Part shown: piece after piece, positions 1 through 7,875 of the stretch | Layout: every line of letters starts with the position of its first letter | Position numbering within the stretch: position 1 is the stretch's first letter | Virus record (IMG/VR): IMGVR_UViG_3300028809_000010 | Reading direction: 5' to 3' (one strand) | DNA: 20,000 nucleotides | DNA from: an uncultured virus (IMG/VR IMGVR_UViG_3300028809_000010) | Lineage: Duplodnaviria; Heunggongvirae; Uroviricota; Caudoviricetes | Notes under the pieces: generated by a model | What the model was told of the DNA's origin: nothing | Databases searched by the model: none | What the model saw: the letters and a program-made list of their open reading frames with translations, nothing else | Translations under genes and position numbers: made by a program

Positions 1-1
1 A

Positions 2-649
2 GCACTTCAGCACGTCACCGGTGGACATTCGATGCCGGGGGTCGTCGGTGCCCTGCTCTGAATAAGGGTGGGGCACCGGCGATCTCGCCATTTCAACGAA
101 ATGATCTCGGCCGCAATCCAAATGGCCGGTGACCTGATCGCAGCAATGATCGGCGTTCCCCCCGTTGGCGGTGCTGCGGACGCAATTCTGAAACCCCTTT
201 ATACAGACGTCTTTTTAGCATTTATGCACTGGAAAGACTTGGGGCGCAAGGCAACTCTCGGCGACTTCTGCTACCAGGAGCGCTGGGCCGAAGGTAGCGA
301 CAGGGCCTATACGTTATCCGCCATTGTCGCACTCAGGACGTCTATCTGGGCGACCAGGCAGACTTTCACGCATCGACTGGAAGTGGCAGACGGTGCGCCG
401 TGGCTGGTGGGTCAGCGCGGGCGCGGCCATTTCTACCTCGGCCACCGCGTCGGCTCCGTCCCCAAGGGCACGCCCAAGGGGAAGATCTACGTCGACCGCG
501 TCACCGAAATCGGCCTCACCTGGGACCGGCAGACAACGCCTACGTGGCAGGTAATTATCGGCGAGCGCGTCATGGAAGATCCAATCCTCAAGGCGCTCAA
601 GAAGGTCAAGGAAATCGCGGGTATCGCCCGTGACCTCGGCGTGCTCTGA
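2..649 (+). CDS. Minor tail protein (mycobacteriophage D29/L5 gp28-like, Gp37-like family), 5' truncated by the window and interrupted by a 51-nt stop-containing insert at 44-94
   Basis: Frame starting at 2 reads ALQHVTGGHSMPGV (to 43), then TGA at 59-61; the same frame continues NEMISAAIQMAGDLIAAMIGVPPVGGAADAILKPLYTD...GAPWLVGQRGRGHFYLGHRVG from 95 to the stop at 649. Recalled homologs carry GGxSMPGVNExISAA contiguously. Followed by a DUF2744 gene, as in actinophage tail modules. Confidence 0.85.
44..94 (+). other. 51-nt in-frame intervening element with a 16-bp hairpin and an internal TGA
   Basis: GTCGGTGCCCTGCTCT (44-59) pairs with AGGGTGGGGCACCGGC (65-80) including 4 G-U pairs, loop GAATA. 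The stem can extend via 38-43/81-86. Both junctions follow TC (42-43 and 93-94). Removing 44-94 restores PGV-NE. Confidence 0.8.
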
Positions 650-664
650 CGAAGGAGGCCCGCA

Positions 665-1159
665 ATGCCCAAGAAGAACTTCGCCCGGCAAGAGGATTGT
701 GATCCGGCGAATCCGGACGAGCATTTCCTGTGGGCGCTGATGACGATTCCATACGGCCCGAAGCAGACTCAGCCGATTCAGCAGAACATCGCGCGCACCA
801 TGAGTCGGCATCTGCACGAGCTCGGGTTTCGTCATCACCCCAAACTCCAGACCAAGACGCTCCAGATGCCCCTGCGGGGTGACAAGACCAACCTCAACGG
901 CTCGGCCATCTGGGTGCCCATCGGTACCGAGGTGCCGGAGCCGATCGAGGATTCGCTGCCCAACGTCGATTCGATGACCCCGCAGGAGCGCGAACACCTG
1001 GACAGGGAGCTCGACAAGTACCGCAAGATCCAGTCGAACCCTGTGCCGGAGCACGCCCGCGCGAGGGAGACCAGCTGGAAAGAGGTCCGCTCGAGGCACG
1101 TGAAGAAGGCGAGCGAGGTGATCAATGGGACTGACACCGGGACAGGACCAGCCGAGTAA
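665..1159 (+). CDS. Minor tail region protein, DUF2744 / phage gp29-like
   Basis: SD GAAGGAGG; motifs EHFLWAL, SRHLHELGFRHHP, LNGSAIWVP typical of this family; directly follows the gp28-like gene. Confidence 0.8.
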   Translation: MPKKNFARQEDCDPANPDEHFLWALMTIPYGPKQTQPIQQNIARTMSRHLHELGFRHHPKLQTKTLQMPLRGDKTNLNGSAIWVPIGTEVPEPIEDSLPNVDSMTPQEREHLDRELDKYRKIQSNPVPEHARARETSWKEVRSRHVKKASEVINGTDTGTGPAE

Positions 1160-1856
1160 TTCCTACGGCACCAACAACTTCAACACCGCCGACAACTGGA
1201 CCGAAGCCAGTATCCGTAGTTTCGGCAAGGCCGACGTACTCGACTCCTACGAGGGTGGCGAGACCGAGCTGGACATCCAGATCAAGCAGCCTATCCAGGA
1301 CTTGATTGATGACGTCGACCTGCTCAACGGTGTTTCCGCTTACGGCGCCGCCTACATGAGCGCGAATATCTGGAACATCAACAACGAGCCGATCCTGCCC
1401 TACTCCACGCAGATCGGCCCGAACAAGCTGGTGGATATCGCTCCCGACAGCCCGGGGTCACTGACCTACGGAGAGCTTCGTGGCTACGACCCGGGTCTGT
1501 GGCAGGTGCATTTCGCGACCCGCGCCGAGGGGACTCCGTACTCCGGGGACGACTGGGCCGGGGTCAACATGTACATCGACATCTACGACAGCCCGAGCCA
1601 CATCCTCTTCTCGTACAACCCGAAAACGGTACAGAGTCCGGGCACTTCCGAGGCCACGCTCTGCAATACGTACTCCTTCGTGGTGCCGGAGGTCGTGGAC
1701 CACTTCGACGTGTGGATGACCTGCTTCTCCCACAAGTGGAGGAAATTCACCGGCGGGGCGGCCTGGTCGATTCTCGCGCTGCGGCGCATTTCCATCGACG
1801 TAGATCACGACGACGACCCCGACGACACCGTCCCAGATGGGAATGATCCGCCGTGA
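1125..1856 (+). CDS. Probable minor tail protein (243 aa)
   Basis: SD GAGGT; N-terminal TP motif, beta-rich acidic C-terminal region with LPYSTQIGP; tail-module position. Confidence 0.65.
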   Translation: MGLTPGQDQPSNSYGTNNFNTADNWTEASIRSFGKADVLDSYEGGETELDIQIKQPIQDLIDDVDLLNGVSAYGAAYMSANIWNINNEPILPYSTQIGPNKLVDIAPDSPGSLTYGELRGYDPGLWQVHFATRAEGTPYSGDDWAGVNMYIDIYDSPSHILFSYNPKTVQSPGTSEATLCNTYSFVVPEVVDHFDVWMTCFSHKWRKFTGGAAWSILALRRISIDVDHDDDPDDTVPDGNDPP

Positions 1857-2476
1857 CACCTATCGAGGAATGCCGCGCGCTGCCGGAGAACGACTGGCTG
1901 GGGGAGCAGGAGGGGCGTGAGTATCCGCGTGACCGTGGTGGCAGCTTCGCCAGGTACGTCCACGGCGACATCTACTTTCATCCCGAGTACGGCACGCAGA
2001 CCATCGGCGACCCGTTTCGTCTGGTCTGGGCACAGCACGGGTACGAAAAGGGCTGGCTCGGATACCCGCTCACCGGCCACAACTTCTACAGCAACTCCGG
2101 CCGCCGACTGCAAGAGTTCGAACACGGCTGGCTTACCCAGATCAGTGAGGGCGCACCGGTTTACGCGACCTGGATCGACCCTGAGCTGTACGGCTGGCCT
2201 ACGGAGACGGCGGTGGGGCTGACGGGTGGCCACATCATCCAGCGGACCACCGAGGGCAAGATGCTCCGTTCGCCGGACGGCACCGTCACCCGATACGAGC
2301 TCGACGAGCTGACCCCGCCGGAGATCGCCTACCGAGAGCGGCCGAAGCACTTCCCGACCTACGCCCAGCGCGAGGAGCAGTGGCTACATCCGGCGCTTCC
2401 CGAGGGGTGGGAGCCGGAGCCGGAATTCCCGGACGGCCTCGACTACGACCCGGACGAGATTCCGGAATACGACTGA
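1853..2476 (+). CDS. LGFP-repeat-containing protein (207 aa)
   Basis: GTGA overlap; GDIYFHPEYGTQTIGDPFRLVWAQHGYEKGWLGYPLT..RLQEFEHG matches the LGFP repeat pattern. Confidence 0.75.
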   Translation: MTPIEECRALPENDWLGEQEGREYPRDRGGSFARYVHGDIYFHPEYGTQTIGDPFRLVWAQHGYEKGWLGYPLTGHNFYSNSGRRLQEFEHGWLTQISEGAPVYATWIDPELYGWPTETAVGLTGGHIIQRTTEGKMLRSPDGTVTRYELDELTPPEIAYRERPKHFPTYAQREEQWLHPALPEGWEPEPEFPDGLDYDPDEIPEYD

Positions 2477-2492
2477 AAACGAAAGGCCCGCA

Positions 2493-2813
2493 ATGGCAAA
2501 GAAGGTAGCGCGCAGCGCACGAATCGAGATCCGAGAGTCCACCGAACACGAGTGGGTCGACATCTCCGACCACGTCACCGGATGGGATTGGATTGTCCGC
2601 GCGGGGGCTCTGTACGTCCTCAAGCTGCATCTGACATACGACCCGGCCGAGCACGACCTGAACAACAAGAAGGTCACCATCTCCAGCGTCCGGATTTCCG
2701 ACTACCTCCAGGCGTACCAGTTCGATGCGTCCGATCACCTGACCCTAGACCTGTACTGCGACGCAGACCGTCTCCGCATCAACGGCACAGCGCCTTGGGA
2801 GGAGCCGAGGTGA
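2493..2813 (+). CDS. Hypothetical protein (106 aa)
   Basis: SD GAAAGG, GC3-rich codons, tight packing. Confidence 0.7.
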   Translation: MAKKVARSARIEIRESTEHEWVDISDHVTGWDWIVRAGALYVLKLHLTYDPAEHDLNNKKVTISSVRISDYLQAYQFDASDHLTLDLYCDADRLRINGTAPWEEPR

Positions 2814-2974
2814 ACGAATGTGAATGCCCGCATCCGGACCTCTGCACTCACCCGAGTCACGACCTGCTCCGCTTCCGGAACGACAAGGTCACCCTGGAGC
2901 GAGTGCTGGATTCCATCGAGTCGGACTACGAGAAGCTCCGGCAGATCGAGAAGATCGTGGAGGCCATGCCATGA
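2810..2974 (+). CDS. Small hypothetical protein (54 aa, Cys/His-rich N-terminus)
   Basis: GTGA and ATGA overlaps at both ends; MNECECPHPDLCTHPSH...EKIVEAMP. Confidence 0.6.
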   Translation: MNECECPHPDLCTHPSHDLLRFRNDKVTLERVLDSIESDYEKLRQIEKIVEAMP

Positions 2975-4692
2975 CCCGCACCACAGTAGATTTCGCTGCC
3001 AAGCTGATATCGCCGCAAGCCATCAAGGACGCCGGGCACGAGGGCGTGATGGTCTACGTCTCGCCGAGTCGGCCCGGGTCGAACTTCGCGGCCAAGCCGA
3101 TCCAGCGGGCGTTCACTAATGAGTGCCGTTCAATCGGATTGAACATCGTCTCGATCTGGCAGTTCGGCAAGCCCGGCAACGCCCAGGCCCCGAGCGACTG
3201 GACCACCGGTTTCGAGGGCGGCCAGCGGATGGCGACCGAAGCTCAGGCCCGGCACCTCCAGGCAGGCGGACCCGATCACGCACCGATCTTCTTCGCCGTC
3301 GACGAGGACTTGAGCATCGACAACTGGAACCGGACGGCCGTCGAGTTCTTCCGGGGCGTCAACAGCGTCCTGGGCGTGCAGCGGACCGGCGTCTACGGAT
3401 CGTCGAAGGTGTGCTCCTGGGCGGTGGAGGACGGCGTCATCGGACGTAGCCGTACCCACGGGCGCTTCTGGGCGTGGCAGACGCGGGCGTGGTCCGGAGG
3501 GGAGCTCTCGCCCGAGGCCGTCCTGTTCCAGCGCGTCATCGACACACCCTCCAACCCCGGCCCCTTGATCGACGGCGCCTCCGTGGACGTCAACGACATC
3601 TGGGCCGACGACTACGGACAGTGGAGCGACAAGGCTCCGGAAGGCCCTTCCATGGCACAGAAACCCGACTTCCAAGAGATCGACCGCTTCGGCAATTCCC
3701 GCTCCAACCGCTTCAACGCACGCGTCACCAACTGGCTGATCCACACCCAGGAGGGCAACGGCACTGCGGAGTCGCTGGCGGGCTACCTCAACAACCAGGC
3801 CAACGGCGTCTCCTACCACTACACGGTCCGCGACGGCGTGGTTGTGAATGTGGTCGACACCGACTACGCCAGCTGGTCCGTCCTGGACGCCAACAGCTAC
3901 ACGATCAACCTCTGTTTCGCGGGCAGCTACGCCAGCTGGACTCGGGAGCAGTGGCTCGAGCGTGAACACGACATCCGGATCGCGGCGTGGCTGGCGGTGC
4001 AGGACGCGAAGAAGTACGGCTTCTCCGTCGAGGTCATCGCGCCCCCGTACCACCAGGCGCCGGGCATCTCCGATCACCGCTACGTCACCGAGGAGCTGGG
4101 GATCGGCACGCACACCGACGTCGGCCGCAACTTCCCGTGGGATGTGCTGGCGCGGTTCGTCGCGGAGTACACCGAGGCCGGTCCGATCCGGGTTCCGAAC
4201 GCGATCAACGACTGCGAGGCCGCCAACGCCTGGCTGGGGGAGCGGTTCACCAAGGAGGAGCTGCGCACGCCCGACGGCAAGGGCCGCTTCGTCCAGTACG
4301 ACAACGGCTTCATCTACTGGTCTCCGGACTCGGGCGCGCACCCCATCCCGAAGGATCTGTTCCCGAAGTTCGGTGATCTCGGCTGGGAGGTCGGTCCGCT
4401 GGGTTACCCGACGACCGATCCGACGAAGCTCACCGATGGTTGGGTCCAGGGCTTCCAGGGCGGCGCGCTCTACAAGAAGCTCGACCAGCCCGCCCGGTGG
4501 GTGCACGGCGAGATCCGCAACCGCTGGAACCGGACCGGCTTCGAGAACGGCCCGCTGGGTTGGCCCACCTCCGACGAGTTCCCCTTCGGCGACGGTGCCG
4601 CGCAGGACTTCGAGAAGGGCCGCATCTACTGGGCCCCGAAGCCGACTGTCGTGGTCCTGGCCGACGGCTCGGGGCTCAAGGACGCGGCATGA
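2971..4692 (+). CDS. lysA: Endolysin (lysin A): DUF1906/Rv2525c-like glycoside hydrolase + Amidase_2 + C-terminal LGFP repeats
   Basis: Start re-assigned to ATG 2971 (SD GGAGG, ATGA overlap). DUF1906 motifs PIFFAVD, GVYG, WAWQT; amidase motifs LIHTQEG, VSYHY, SWSVLDAN, HTDVGRNFPW; LGYP/LGWP repeats. Confidence 0.92.
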   Translation: MTRTTVDFAAKLISPQAIKDAGHEGVMVYVSPSRPGSNFAAKPIQRAFTNECRSIGLNIVSIWQFGKPGNAQAPSDWTTGFEGGQRMATEAQARHLQAGGPDHAPIFFAVDEDLSIDNWNRTAVEFFRGVNSVLGVQRTGVYGSSKVCSWAVEDGVIGRSRTHGRFWAWQTRAWSGGELSPEAVLFQRVIDTPSNPGPLIDGASVDVNDIWADDYGQWSDKAPEGPSMAQKPDFQEIDRFGNSRSNRFNARVTNWLIHTQEGNGTAESLAGYLNNQANGVSYHYTVRDGVVVNVVDTDYASWSVLDANSYTINLCFAGSYASWTREQWLEREHDIRIAAWLAVQDAKKYGFSVEVIAPPYHQAPGISDHRYVTEELGIGTHTDVGRNFPWDVLARFVAEYTEAGPIRVPNAINDCEAANAWLGERFTKEELRTPDGKGRFVQYDNGFIYWSPDSGAHPIPKDLFPKFGDLGWEVGPLGYPTTDPTKLTDGWVQGFQGGALYKKLDQPARWVHGEIRNRWNRTGFENGPLGWPTSDEFPFGDGAAQDFEKGRIYWAPKPTVVVLADGSGLKDAA

Positions 4693-4775
4693 ACTTCTCG
4701 GCCGAAACCCTGGCCCTGATGAACACCTGGCTCGCAAATCACAAGAAGGACAACGAAAATGAAGCATCTCCGTAA
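4689..4775 (+). CDS. Possible 28-aa peptide in the lysis cassette
   Basis: ATGA overlap with lysA; MNFSAETLALMNTWLANHKKDNENEASP fills the gap before the holin. Confidence 0.4.
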   Translation: MNFSAETLALMNTWLANHKKDNENEASP

Positions 4776-4974
4776 TCTCGGCGCCTACAACAAGGCTCTG
4801 GCGGCCGGTGTCGGCTCGCTGGCAACCGTGCTCTCGGCCAACGAGGTATTTCTGCCGGGCGGCTGGGTGACCACTGCTCTCGGCGTCGCCACCGTCATCG
4901 CGACCTTCCTGGTGACCAACCAGGACCGGGTCGACGCTTTCGGTGACGATCTGGCCGACGCGCTGGAGAAGTAG
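4759..4974 (+). CDS. Holin (71 aa, two predicted TM helices)
   Basis: SD AAGGA; YNKALAAGVGSLATVL and WVTTALGVATVIATFLVTN hydrophobic segments; follows lysA. Confidence 0.75.
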   Translation: MKHLRNLGAYNKALAAGVGSLATVLSANEVFLPGGWVTTALGVATVIATFLVTNQDRVDAFGDDLADALEK

Positions 4975-4977
4975 ACC

Positions 4978-5265
4978 ATGGCCTGGCCCGAGCTGATCAT
5001 GACGGCGCTCGGCTCGGGCGTGGCGGTCCAGGGCATGAACTGGTTGGCCAACCGAGGCAAGAACAAGGCCGATGCCAGTGCGACACAGGTGGATTCGATG
5101 CTCAAGCAGCTCGAACGACTCCAGAAAGAGCACGACGACCTCAAGGACGAACTGAAAGCGTTCCGCAAGGCCCTCTACCCTCACCAGAGGTGGGACTTGC
5201 TGGCCTGGAAGCGAATCCTCGAGGTCGATCCCGAGTTCCCTCCGCCCCCCGATCTCTACATCTGA
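4978..5265 (+). CDS. Membrane-anchored coiled-coil lysis accessory protein (second holin-like)
   Basis: SD GGAG; N-terminal hydrophobic segment, heptad region, proline-rich end, as in actinophage lysis cassettes. Confidence 0.65.
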   Translation: MAWPELIMTALGSGVAVQGMNWLANRGKNKADASATQVDSMLKQLERLQKEHDDLKDELKAFRKALYPHQRWDLLAWKRILEVDPEFPPPPDLYI

Positions 5266-5312
5266 AGACCCCCCTGCTCGATGGCTCCGGCTGTCGGGTG
5301 GGGGTCTTTTTT
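5265..5312 (+). terminator. Intrinsic terminator ending the late/lysis transcript
   Basis: AAGACCCCCCTGCTCGATGGC-TCCG-GCTGTCGGGTGGGGGTCTT ending in a T6 run. Confidence 0.9.
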
Positions 5313-5317
5313 GTGCC

Positions 5318-5346
5318 TTGACCGTTTAAACGCTGTCCCGTACTGT
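5318..5346 (+). promoter_or_regulatory. SigA-type promoter
   Basis: TTGACC (5318-5323), 17-nt spacer, TACTGT (5341-5346). Confidence 0.8.
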
Positions 5347-5370
5347 GGCTCCTGTCACCGTTTAAACGCT
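5321..5370. repeat. Two identical 14-bp operator-like sites ACCGTTTAAACGCT
   Basis: Exact copies at 5321-5334 and 5357-5370; core CGTTTAAACG is a perfect palindrome. Confidence 0.85.
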
Positions 5371-5389
5371 ACCGACGAAGGCAGGGCCG

Positions 5390-5902
5390 ATGACCGCGTT
5401 CGCCCCCCGGGTTTCCGCAGTACTCAGGTCCGCTGGCCTGCCCGTCATCCGCTACGGCACGCACCCCGGCAACTGGCTGGGCATCCGCGTCGGCAACGAA
5501 GGCAATGTCGGGGGCCGGGCTCAATGTTCCGTGCACTTCCACATGGACGGCGAGCTGGAGTGGTCGGACCAGGCGATGGCTGTCCTGCTGGCGAAGGGGT
5601 TTCAGGTCGAGCGACTGCCGGGGATGTCCATGCTCACCGTCCGCGCCAGCAGCCCCGGTCAGCAGGAGGACATCGCCGGGGTGGTCGCCGCCAGTGGTCT
5701 CGACATGGTCCAGCCGACCCGCAGCGAGTGGTTGGTCAATCTCCCTGGTCGACGCGGCGCCTACTCGATCCGACAGGCCGGGCAGGGTGACAGGGCCCGC
5801 TTCTCCGTCCAGGGCCATCCGGCGCGAGCCCTCGGCAAGAATCTACGGACCATGCGCTCGGCCATCGACATCATCGAAAACGACATCAAGGAGCAATCAT
5901 GA
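5390..5902 (+). CDS. Hypothetical protein (170 aa)
   Basis: First ORF after the promoter, SD GAAGG, ATGA-coupled to the next gene. Confidence 0.7.
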   Translation: MTAFAPRVSAVLRSAGLPVIRYGTHPGNWLGIRVGNEGNVGGRAQCSVHFHMDGELEWSDQAMAVLLAKGFQVERLPGMSMLTVRASSPGQQEDIAGVVAASGLDMVQPTRSEWLVNLPGRRGAYSIRQAGQGDRARFSVQGHPARALGKNLRTMRSAIDIIENDIKEQS

Positions 5903-6072
5903 TCGCTGTCATCCTGCGCCCGCACAGCAACACCAACCCGTCGGAGAAGTTCCGCGTCGTCGATTCGGAGGTGTGGATCAAAAAGCAGGCTGCCACCCCC
6001 ATTCTCGGCGAGTGCGACACCTTCTTCGACGCCATCACCCTGCGCGATCAGCTCAACGCAGCGGAGGCGTAA
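5899..6072 (+). CDS. Hypothetical protein (57 aa)
   Basis: SD AAGGAG, ATGA overlap; MIAVILRPHSNTN...QLNAAEA. Confidence 0.7.
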   Translation: MIAVILRPHSNTNPSEKFRVVDSEVWIKKQAATPILGECDTFFDAITLRDQLNAAEA

Positions 6073-6198
6073 ATGGCCCAGCAACTGACTGACGACGAGA
6101 AGAACATCCACCCCGACTCGGACCTGGTCGAAGGGCGCTGCATCACCTGTGGCGACTACTCCGGCATCGACGAGTTCTGCCCCGACTGCGAGGAATGA
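6073..6198 (+). CDS. Small zinc-ribbon peptide (41 aa)
   Basis: SD GGAGG; CITC and CPDC pairs. Confidence 0.65.
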   Translation: MAQQLTDDEKNIHPDSDLVEGRCITCGDYSGIDEFCPDCEE

Positions 6199-6199
6199 C

Positions 6200-6430
6200 A
6201 TGACCGCACCGATCGCCCGCTACCGACAGTTCCATGAGATCGCCGCGTCCCAGCCCGACAACCCACTGTCCCCGGTCCTCCAGGAGGCTCTGCGCACGCT
6301 CGACATCATCCAAAACGGCCGCGCGACAGGCGAAGAGGAGGATTGGAGCGGCGATGCGATGCGCAGGATGATCGACTGGGCCGTCGGGGGAATGGCCGAC
6401 TTCGCCGACGAGAAGGTGGCACGGAAGTGA
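6200..6430 (+). CDS. Hypothetical protein (76 aa)
   Basis: SD GAGGA; starts MTAPIARYRQF; tight packing. Confidence 0.65.
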   Translation: MTAPIARYRQFHEIAASQPDNPLSPVLQEALRTLDIIQNGRATGEEEDWSGDAMRRMIDWAVGGMADFADEKVARK

Positions 6431-6717
6431 TCAGGATGCATAGCGAGGCTCTGGACGCGGTCGTCCGCGAGAAGCTGGGCGCCACGTGGACCCGGCTCAC
6501 TCCCCGGGGAATCGTCATCTCCGAACTCCACGATCTGGCCGGGATGATCGAGGCGGTGTCGGAACTGGCCGCGCAGTGGTGCTTCGACGAATACGGCGGC
6601 GTCCAGGCCGAGGAGCTCCAGGACGCCATCACGAAGGTATCGGCGGATATTCAGCTGCTGGACAGTGCCGCCGGTGTATCGGTACGGCTGCCCGAGCTGA
6701 AGGCGGTGGCGGGATGA
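6427..6717 (+). CDS. Hypothetical protein (96 aa)
   Basis: GTGA overlap upstream and ATGA overlap downstream. Confidence 0.65.
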   Translation: MIRMHSEALDAVVREKLGATWTRLTPRGIVISELHDLAGMIEAVSELAAQWCFDEYGGVQAEELQDAITKVSADIQLLDSAAGVSVRLPELKAVAG

Positions 6718-7109
6718 GTGCCATGCTGATCCGCCCCGACGGCACCCGCGAGATCGTCCAGATCCCCAAGGGCACTCTCGGCCAGGAGCTCCTGGGCTGC
6801 CGCATGACCGAGATCGTCCCTGTCGGCGCCTCTCTCGAAATGTGGTGCGACGAGGAGGGGTTGATGACGGCGGACCCCCAGCTCAACATCGTCGCGACCA
6901 TGATGCGCTGGGAACTCTCCGGCGGCCCCGAGAACAAGCTGGACCCCAACGACTTCACCGTGGTCGGCAACGCTCTGTTTGTGGACACGGTCATCGACGG
7001 GGACGGCCACATGGTCCACCGGCAGACGATGGAAGGCTCGGTGCTGCTGGACCGGCTGAACCGCGCTGCCGACCGTGGCCTCCGCGTCAAGGAGAGGATG
7101 GGCCGATGA
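6714..7109 (+). CDS. DUF3846-like protein
   Basis: MLIRPDG...MWCDEEGL...N.VAT...VVGNALF pattern. Confidence 0.7.
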   Translation: MSAMLIRPDGTREIVQIPKGTLGQELLGCRMTEIVPVGASLEMWCDEEGLMTADPQLNIVATMMRWELSGGPENKLDPNDFTVVGNALFVDTVIDGDGHMVHRQTMEGSVLLDRLNRAADRGLRVKERMGR

Positions 7110-7303
7110 GCTATCTGGAGATGACCACCGAGGACGGCCTGCACATCCAGATCCCGGGGACAACCGCCGACGGCAGGGTTGCCATGGACGTGCACTTCGA
7201 CGACGGCTCCATCGGGGAGATCCTGCTGACGAACGAGGAGGTGCTTCGACTCCAGAAGGGACTGTCGGAGGCACGAGCAGGGGCCAAGCGTCATGGCAAC
7301 TAG
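7106..7303 (+). CDS. Hypothetical protein (65 aa)
   Basis: ATGA overlap, SD GAGGA. Confidence 0.65.
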   Translation: MSYLEMTTEDGLHIQIPGTTADGRVAMDVHFDDGSIGEILLTNEEVLRLQKGLSEARAGAKRHGN

Positions 7304-7451
7304 GACGACGCGGCTGCTGAAGCTGGAGTGCGCCTGCCCGAGAATCATCCGCGCCAGCCAGTTGGTGAGCGAGACCGGCGCCATTGTCTGCGAGGTGTGC
7401 GGGCAGAGGTTCGAACTGTCGGAGGCCGAGGAAGAGGTACGGGATGCCTGA
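7293..7451 (+). CDS. Small zinc-binding protein (52 aa)
   Basis: MATRTTRLLKLECACPRIIRAS...IVCEVCGQRF; CxC plus CxxC; overlaps both neighbours. Confidence 0.65.
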   Translation: MATRTTRLLKLECACPRIIRASQLVSETGAIVCEVCGQRFELSEAEEEVRDA

Positions 7452-7761
7452 GAAGAGCGTGCGAGCCAGCAAGACCCAGGAGGCACTGACGGTCTGGCTC
7501 GCGCTGGAAGATGCCCCCGTCTTCGATCTCCCGTATACCTCGCCGCAGCAGCAACTCGTCCCCTCCGGGGTTACCGTCTTGTACGAACGCTCCGGCGGCG
7601 AGGTCGGGTGGGGCCTGCGGAAATTCGATGTGATAGGCAACCGGGTCAACAAGAACGGGTCGCCCAGCCGGGTGGAGTCGTACTACCCCTTCACCGACAT
7701 CGACCTGGCGCCCGGCTGGCTACAGGAATTGATCGAGGAGAACCGGCCACCGGTGGGATAG
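7444..7761 (+). CDS. Hypothetical protein (105 aa)
   Basis: SD GAGGT before ATG 7444; ends before the terminator. Confidence 0.65.
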   Translation: MPEKSVRASKTQEALTVWLALEDAPVFDLPYTSPQQQLVPSGVTVLYERSGGEVGWGLRKFDVIGNRVNKNGSPSRVESYYPFTDIDLAPGWLQELIEENRPPVG

Positions 7762-7812
7762 AGTCCTTCTCGGCAAGATAAACCGAAGTCGAGCCACGGA
7801 TACCCATCCATA

Positions 7813-7860
7813 GAAAAGCCCCCGGACCCTCTCGCCAAGGAGGTCACTCCGGGGGCTTTC
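7813..7860. terminator. Probable bidirectional terminator
   Basis: AAAGCCCCCGGA (7815-7826) / TCCGGGGGCTTT (7848-7859) between convergent genes. Confidence 0.8.
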
Positions 7861-7875
7861 CTGTTCCCGGGCCTC

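Noticed and set aside
59..94. Selenocysteine recoding of the TGA
   Set aside because: The TGA is inside the hairpin rather than upstream of a SECIS, and the position is not a conserved Cys.
41..94. Group I or group II intron
   Set aside because: Only 51 nt; no terminal G or P7 core, no GUGYG start and no domain V.
68..649. GTG 68 as the true start of a 193-aa protein
   Set aside because: It lies inside the insert hairpin with no properly spaced SD, and the conserved motif begins upstream of the stop in the same frame. Kept only as a reinitiation alternative.
2824..2970. Longer N-terminus of the endolysin
   Set aside because: Overlaps the coupled 2810-2974 ORF; ATG 2971 has the SD and coincides with the domain start.
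3130..5184. 684-aa minus-strand ORF and other long antisense ORFs
   Set aside because: Shadow frames of GC3-biased plus-strand genes with no recognisable motifs.
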